This document shows positions 59,057 to 64,000 of a stretch of 64,000 nucleotides of DNA, in pieces (the first letter of the stretch is position 1; each line of letters opens with the position of its first letter). This stretch comes from an uncultured Chloroflexia bacterium. GTDB taxonomy: Bacteria; Chloroflexota; Limnocylindria; Limnocylindrales; CSP1-4. The notes below the pieces were generated by a model. The model made no database searches. It saw only the letters and a program-made list of their open reading frames with translations, and was not told the DNA's origin. The position numbers were made by a program, and so were the translations under genes. The stretch spans positions 288,001 to 352,000 of the forward strand of contig CAWHDR010000001.1 in the NCBI GenBank assembly GCA_963828165.1. The letters run 5' to 3'.

Positions 59057-61678
59057 GTGACCAGGACCACCCGGATCGTCGCGCTCCGTCGCGCCGAAGC
59101 GGTCCGCCGCCGGCCGCCACAGGGGACTCGTTCGCGCCGTCTCGGGGCGGTCATCGCAGCGGTGGCATCGTCCGCGCTCGTGGTCGTCGGTCTCGCCGGG
59201 ATCGTGTCCGTGTCGGCGCTGGGTGTGCTGTCATCCAACCTGCCCGATCCGAGCGACCTCGGCAATCTCGCGTTCGCGCAACCGACCATCGTCTACGACC
59301 GCTCCGGCAAGACCGAGCTCGGACGGTTCCAGGACCAGCGCCGGCGCGTCATCGACTATGCCGAGATCCCGACCCTCGTCCTCGATGCGACGACGACCGC
59401 GGAGGACCGCTCCTTCTGGGACAACGCCGGCATCGATCCAGCCGCCCTGATCTCGGCCGTCGCGGAGAACGCATCCGGCGTGAGCGAACGTGGCGCCTCG
59501 ACCATCACCCAGCAGCTCGTCCGAGCGCGTCTCCTGCCGGAAGACGTCGTGACGGGCTCCGATCGCTACATGCGCAAGGCCAAGGAGATCGTCCAGGCAC
59601 TGCGGTTGACGGACGAATACCCGGGTGCCGCCGGCAAGGAACGCGTCATCAGCGCGTACCTCAACGAGATCTATTACGGACACGAGGCCTACGGGATCGC
59701 GGCGGCAGCCGACGTCTACTTCGGCGTGACGGACCTCGCGGACCTGACGGTGGCACAGGCCGCGCTCCTCGCCGGTCTTCCGAAGGCCCCATCGATGCTG
59801 GACCCGTACCGGCACGCGGTGAAGGACGACGACGGCCGACTCGTCGTCCCGTCGAGCGCCGAGCCGGTGGTCCGTCGCGACTGGGTGCTCCAGGGACTCG
59901 CGACGGCCGGGCGCTGGACCAAGCTCACCCCGGCACAGCTCGAGGCGGCCATGGATGAGCCCGTCGTCCTGGCCGGGGAGCGACCGATCAGGATCCCTGG
60001 CGGGCACTTCACGTGGCAGGTCCGCCGGCAGCTGCTATCGATCCTGGGACCGGACGCGGACCTTGAGCGCGGCGGCTACCGGGTCACCACGACCCTCGAT
60101 TGGAAGGCGCAGCGACTCGCCGAGCGCTGGGTCGGCGCGGCAGCCATCGCCCCGAACATCTCCCGCAAGAAGGCGGGGGCGATGCTCAAGGACCTGAAGA
60201 TCAAGAGCGGTGACCGGCGCTGGATCACGGCGTTGCGCGGAAAGGATCTGCACAACGGTGCGCTCGTCGCCCTCGATTATCGGACCGGCGACGTGCTCGC
60301 CTACGTCGGCAGTGCCGGCTACGCGCGCGACGACCTCGCGAGCAAGGTCTTCGAGCCGAAGTACGACGCGGCCGGAGACGGCGCTCGGCAGCCCGGCTCG
60401 GCGTTCAAGCCGATCCTGTACGCCGCCGCGTTCGAAGCCAAGCGCCTGAGCCCGGGCAGCCTGCTCCTCGACGTGACCACCGAGTTCGACAAGGGCCAGG
60501 ACTGGGCTCCGCGCGACGCCGACCAGCGCGAGCGCGGTCCGGTCCTCGTCCGGCGCGCGCTCCAGTACTCGCTCAACATCCCGGCCATCCGAGCCCTCCA
60601 CCGCGTCGGCAACGAGCGGGTGGCCGACACGGCCGAGGCCATGGGCATCCGCTTCACCGGTGGTCGAAAGGCTTTCCTCCAGTCGGGCCTGGCCGGCGCG
60701 CTCGGGACGGTCGAGGTCCGACCGCTCGACCTGACGTCCGCGTACGGGACGATCGCCAACGGCGGTGTCCGCGTACCGCCGCGGATGGTGCTCGAAATCC
60801 GGGGACCCGACGGCCGGGTGGTCTGGGCGGCGCCGAAGCCCGATGGAGAACGGGCCATATCCGCGCAGTCGGCCTTCCTGGTCAGCGACATCCTCGCGGG
60901 CAACACGGACCCTGGTCAGAACGACATCTGGGCCGCGAAACTGGCGCTGCGCAACGGTCCCGGCGGATCGCGCCGGCCGGCAGCGGCCAAGACCGGCACC
61001 ACCAACGACGCCCGCGACCTCGGCACCTATGGCTACCTCCCGGCGAGCGGCACGGACGGCGTCGGCCTCGTGGTCGGTGTCTGGATGGGCAACAGCGATC
61101 ACTCCTACCCGCGTTCCCGGGGCGACGCGGCCACGTCGTTGACCGCGGCCGCGCCGTTGTGGCGTGCGTTCGTCCGCGATTACACGCGCTCGTGGGAGGT
61201 CGCGAAGTTCAAGCGGCCCAAGGACGTCGTCTCGGCCACGATCGACGCCTGGTCCGGCGGTCGACCCGGCTCGTGGACGCGGGACACGACCAAGGAATGG
61301 TTCATCCGCGGCACGCAGCCCGGCGCACGGAAGGCGATCGACCGCGATGGCCTTCTGTACCGGCTGGGCTGTGGCGGTTGGCGGGTCGATCCGGTCAAGG
61401 CGGAGCTCGGACGGCCGGCGTGGAAGGCGGACGTCCAGGACTGGTTGCGGCGGGCGCGGCAGGGCAACGGCGTCACCGGTCGCTACGACTCGTCGACGGC
61501 CTACTTCTGGGGCGAGAGCTCGTGGGGTGGGTCGCTCTACGGGGCATGCTACCGACCGCCGGTACGCGAGAGGCCGGACAAGCCTGACAAGCCGGACAAG
61601 CCGGACAAGCCCGACAAGCCCGACAAGCCGGGCGGCGGCGATCCCAAGCCGACGCCCCCACCTCCGGACGGCGATTGA
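59057..61678 (+). CDS. Class A penicillin-binding protein (second paralog)
   Basis: AEDRSFW, GASTITQQL, RKAKE, YLNEIYYG; SAFK, SLN, KTG. Confidence 0.92.
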   Translation: MTRTTRIVALRRAEAVRRRPPQGTRSRRLGAVIAAVASSALVVVGLAGIVSVSALGVLSSNLPDPSDLGNLAFAQPTIVYDRSGKTELGRFQDQRRRVIDYAEIPTLVLDATTTAEDRSFWDNAGIDPAALISAVAENASGVSERGASTITQQLVRARLLPEDVVTGSDRYMRKAKEIVQALRLTDEYPGAAGKERVISAYLNEIYYGHEAYGIAAAADVYFGVTDLADLTVAQAALLAGLPKAPSMLDPYRHAVKDDDGRLVVPSSAEPVVRRDWVLQGLATAGRWTKLTPAQLEAAMDEPVVLAGERPIRIPGGHFTWQVRRQLLSILGPDADLERGGYRVTTTLDWKAQRLAERWVGAAAIAPNISRKKAGAMLKDLKIKSGDRRWITALRGKDLHNGALVALDYRTGDVLAYVGSAGYARDDLASKVFEPKYDAAGDGARQPGSAFKPILYAAAFEAKRLSPGSLLLDVTTEFDKGQDWAPRDADQRERGPVLVRRALQYSLNIPAIRALHRVGNERVADTAEAMGIRFTGGRKAFLQSGLAGALGTVEVRPLDLTSAYGTIANGGVRVPPRMVLEIRGPDGRVVWAAPKPDGERAISAQSAFLVSDILAGNTDPGQNDIWAAKLALRNGPGGSRRPAAAKTGTTNDARDLGTYGYLPASGTDGVGLVVGVWMGNSDHSYPRSRGDAATSLTAAAPLWRAFVRDYTRSWEVAKFKRPKDVVSATIDAWSGGRPGSWTRDTTKEWFIRGTQPGARKAIDRDGLLYRLGCGGWRVDPVKAELGRPAWKADVQDWLRRARQGNGVTGRYDSSTAYFWGESSWGGSLYGACYRPPVRERPDKPDKPDKPDKPDKPDKPGGGDPKPTPPPPDGD
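61574..61627 (+). repeat. (PDK)6 coding tandem repeat
   Basis: Six 9-bp CCNGACAAG units. Confidence 0.9.
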
Positions 61679-61711
61679 CACCGCGTTGACTCCCCTCCAC
61701 AGTCCGGCGAC

Positions 61712-62842
61712 ATGCGCTCCGACGTGACCACCTGGGCGATCCGTGGCATCGGCCTCGCCGCGGGCGCTCTCCTCGTCTTCGGCCTCATCCAGCTCGGGAT
61801 CGCGGCGGCGAATGTGCTGCTGCTCCTGTTCCTGTCGGTCCTGCTGGCGTCGGCGCTCGAGCCGATGATCGGCTGGCTGCGCGAGCGTCTCCGGCTTGGT
61901 CGCGTCGGGACGATCCTCATCGTCTACCTCGCCTTCTTCATCGTCGCGATCGGGATGGCCTTCATCGTCGTGCCGGCGGCCGTGAACCAGGGTCAGCGGA
62001 TCGTCGCCTCCTTGCCACCGTTCTTCGATGAGATGCGCGACTGGGCAAGCACGCTGCGACCGGTCGCGCTCTCGACGTCGATCACGGCCCTCGTCGATTC
62101 GGTGGCGGAGTTCTTCGCCCCGGCCCCGCCGCCGAGCCCGGGCGAGGTCGTGGAGGTCGGCACTGCGGTCGCCGAGGGGGCGCTCTTCCTGTTCACGATG
62201 CTGGCCATCGTGTTCTTCTGGCTCGTGGAGCACGCCCGGTTGCAGCGCTACACGCTGGCGTTCCTTCCGGCCGACCGCCGAGCCGGGTCCCGTAACGCGT
62301 GGAACGAGATCGAGACCCGCCTGGGGCTGTGGGTCCGCGGGCAACTCATCCTCATGGGCTCCATGGGCGTCGCGACCGGCGTCGCCTATTCGCTGCTGGG
62401 CCTGCCGGGAGCCCTCCTGCTGGGCTTCATCGCCGCGCTGACCGAGGCCATCCCCATCGTCGGGCCGTTGCTGGGGGCCATCCCGGCCATCCTGGTGGCC
62501 GCCACCGTCTCGCCGGAGCTCGCCCTGGTCGTCGCCCTCATCTATCTCGTGCTCCAGCTGATCGAGGGCAACGTGCTCGTGCCGATCGTCATGCGCAACA
62601 CGATCGGGATCTCCCCGCTGCTGGTGCTGTTCAGCCTGCTCGTGGGCGCCGAGGTAGGTGGACTGCTGGGGGCGTTCCTCGCGGTGCCGATCGCGGCCTC
62701 GATCGAGATCGTTCTTTCCCGCCTCCAGGCCCGAGAGACACCGGTCGCCCAGGATCCGGCCGCGATCGAGACTCCCGACGAGGACACGACCGAGGGCTAC
62801 GAGCGCTCGTTGCCGGACGCCGCCAACGCTTCGTCGAAGTAG
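61712..62842 (+). CDS. AI-2E family transporter
   Basis: WVRGQL, IPIVGP, QLIEGNVLVP, GAFLAVP. Confidence 0.9.
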   Translation: MRSDVTTWAIRGIGLAAGALLVFGLIQLGIAAANVLLLLFLSVLLASALEPMIGWLRERLRLGRVGTILIVYLAFFIVAIGMAFIVVPAAVNQGQRIVASLPPFFDEMRDWASTLRPVALSTSITALVDSVAEFFAPAPPPSPGEVVEVGTAVAEGALFLFTMLAIVFFWLVEHARLQRYTLAFLPADRRAGSRNAWNEIETRLGLWVRGQLILMGSMGVATGVAYSLLGLPGALLLGFIAALTEAIPIVGPLLGAIPAILVAATVSPELALVVALIYLVLQLIEGNVLVPIVMRNTIGISPLLVLFSLLVGAEVGGLLGAFLAVPIAASIEIVLSRLQARETPVAQDPAAIETPDEDTTEGYERSLPDAANASSK

Positions 62843-62875
62843 GTCACGGGTTCCGCTCGCCGAGACGCGAAGACC

Positions 62876-63850
62876 CTAGATCCAGTCGCGCCAACGGGCC
62901 ACGCCAAGGATCACGATCGCCATGCCGATCATCGCGCCCACGACGATCCAGAAATTCGTCGTGTCCTCGAAGAACGGCATCGCGAAGTTCATGCCCATGA
63001 CGCCGGCCAGCACGACGGCCGGCAGCAGGACCCCGGACAGCAGGGTCAACGTCTTCATGACGTCGTTCGCGTGCTGTGAGACCCGGCCCATGTAGATGTC
63101 ATACGTGCCCAGCAGGCTGTCCCGCACCGAGTCGATCGCGGTGATCGCTCCCTCCAGGCGGTCCACCAACCCTGGCCACGGTTGGCCGACGGCCTCTTCG
63201 GGCTGCATCTCCGGGCGGGCGAGAGCCGCCAACGCCTCGCGATGGGGGGCAAGGGTTCGGCGCATGAGGCCGATGCGCCTTCGGAGCGAGACGAGGGCAC
63301 CGAGGACATCGTCCTTCGGCCGGCCGTGCAGGGCCCGCTGGTCGAGGTCATCGATGTCGCGCTCGATCAACTCGACGAGCTGGAAGTACCCGATGAAGAC
63401 CTCGTCCACCAACGCCGACATGAGGGCGGCGGCGTCCAGCGCGCCCAACCGGGTCTCGCCATCCAGGCCTTCCACATACCGTTGAAGAGCGCCGACCGGG
63501 CCGCTATGGACGGAGAGCACGAGGTTCTCCCTCGCGACCAGGTCGATCTCGCGGCGGCTCAGGCGATCGGGGTCGTCCTCCGTGGGCTCGAGTGCCTCGA
63601 GGGTGAGATGCAGCCGATCCTCGGACCGCCAGGAGTTGGCCCGACCGAATTCGTTCCCGAGTCGTTCCTGTTCCGCCTCGGGGAGCTCCAGGCGAGCGGC
63701 CAGCTCGGCGAGGGCTTCCTCGTCATCGGCTCGATCGAAATCGATCCACAGCAGCTGTCGGTCGCCGAGCTTCGAGACGTCGAGGTCGGCCAGGTCGATG
63801 CGCCGATCGTGGCCATCGGCATCGAATAGCCGGGCGGTGACGGGGCTCAG
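62876..63850 (-). CDS. corA: CorA family divalent cation transporter
   Basis: NDVMKTLT, GVMGMNF; the frame stays open upstream to LSPVTARLFDADG (CTG 63850), with no canonical start before 63520. Confidence 0.85.
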   Translation of the reverse strand: MSPVTARLFDADGHDRRIDLADLDVSKLGDRQLLWIDFDRADDEEALAELAARLELPEAEQERLGNEFGRANSWRSEDRLHLTLEALEPTEDDPDRLSRREIDLVARENLVLSVHSGPVGALQRYVEGLDGETRLGALDAAALMSALVDEVFIGYFQLVELIERDIDDLDQRALHGRPKDDVLGALVSLRRRIGLMRRTLAPHREALAALARPEMQPEEAVGQPWPGLVDRLEGAITAIDSVRDSLLGTYDIYMGRVSQHANDVMKTLTLLSGVLLPAVVLAGVMGMNFAMPFFEDTTNFWIVVGAMIGMAIVILGVARWRDWI

Positions 63851-63860
63851 TTGACGGAGC

Positions 63861-63998
63861 TCAGTTGAGGAGCGCGAGCAGCAACGCCGCGACCCCTGCG
63901 ACCGCGGCGACCAGGTACTGGAGCACGAGCATCCCGCGGTCCGACGCCGGCTCGGCGTCGTCCATCACGAACGGCTGGTGGGTCCTGTCGGTAAGCAT
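63861..63998 (-). CDS. 45-aa single-TM small protein upstream of corA
   Basis: MLTDRTHQPFVMDDAEPASDRGMLVLQYLVAAVAGVAALLLALLN; may extend beyond the window. Confidence 0.55.
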   Translation of the reverse strand: MLTDRTHQPFVMDDAEPASDRGMLVLQYLVAAVAGVAALLLALLN

Positions 63999-64000
63999 CG

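Noticed and set aside
1-64000. tRNA, rRNA, tmRNA, integrase, transposase or known defence systems
   Set aside because: No recognisable signatures by eye; tRNAscan-SE, cmscan and DefenseFinder are needed to exclude them formally

Overview
A high-GC bacterial chromosome segment with about 55 mostly housekeeping or metabolic CDSs. Gene content and style suggest Chloroflexota or Actinomycetota; this is inference only. I recognised no rRNA, tRNA, CRISPR array, integrase or transposase. Main blocks: (1) a galactoside/arabinoside utilisation cluster (ABC permease, GH2, GH43, GH1, galK); (2) an M24 peptidase plus a DUF2723/TMEM260-like glycosyltransferase; (3) a tandem dynamin-like GTPase pair; (4) a PAS-GGDEF-EAL protein, an FtsH-like protease and msrA; (5) a GntR-regulated ABC/kinase/deacetylase/GH4 sugar locus; (6) two class A PBPs, a Moco oxidoreductase, DUF3090/SCO1664, UvrD2, a TM0106-type nuclease-helicase, amidinotransferase/ArgE, YceI/MarR and CorA. 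Best candidates for undescribed biology: (a) a roughly 150-nt nested, possibly switchable leader RNA in front of a gene whose Arg-rich N-terminal peptide is fused to a seemingly non-catalytic BtrH-like domain, the unit sitting between DUF3090 and SCO1664; (b) a 1.35-kb islet integrated inside msrA that replaced its 3' end; (c) a promoter, structured leader and tiny Cys4 protein after uvrD2; (d) pervasive leaderless genes and probable CTG/ACG starts. Several frameshifts between 40 and 54 kb look like homopolymer sequencing errors. All family assignments come from motif recognition, not database searches.
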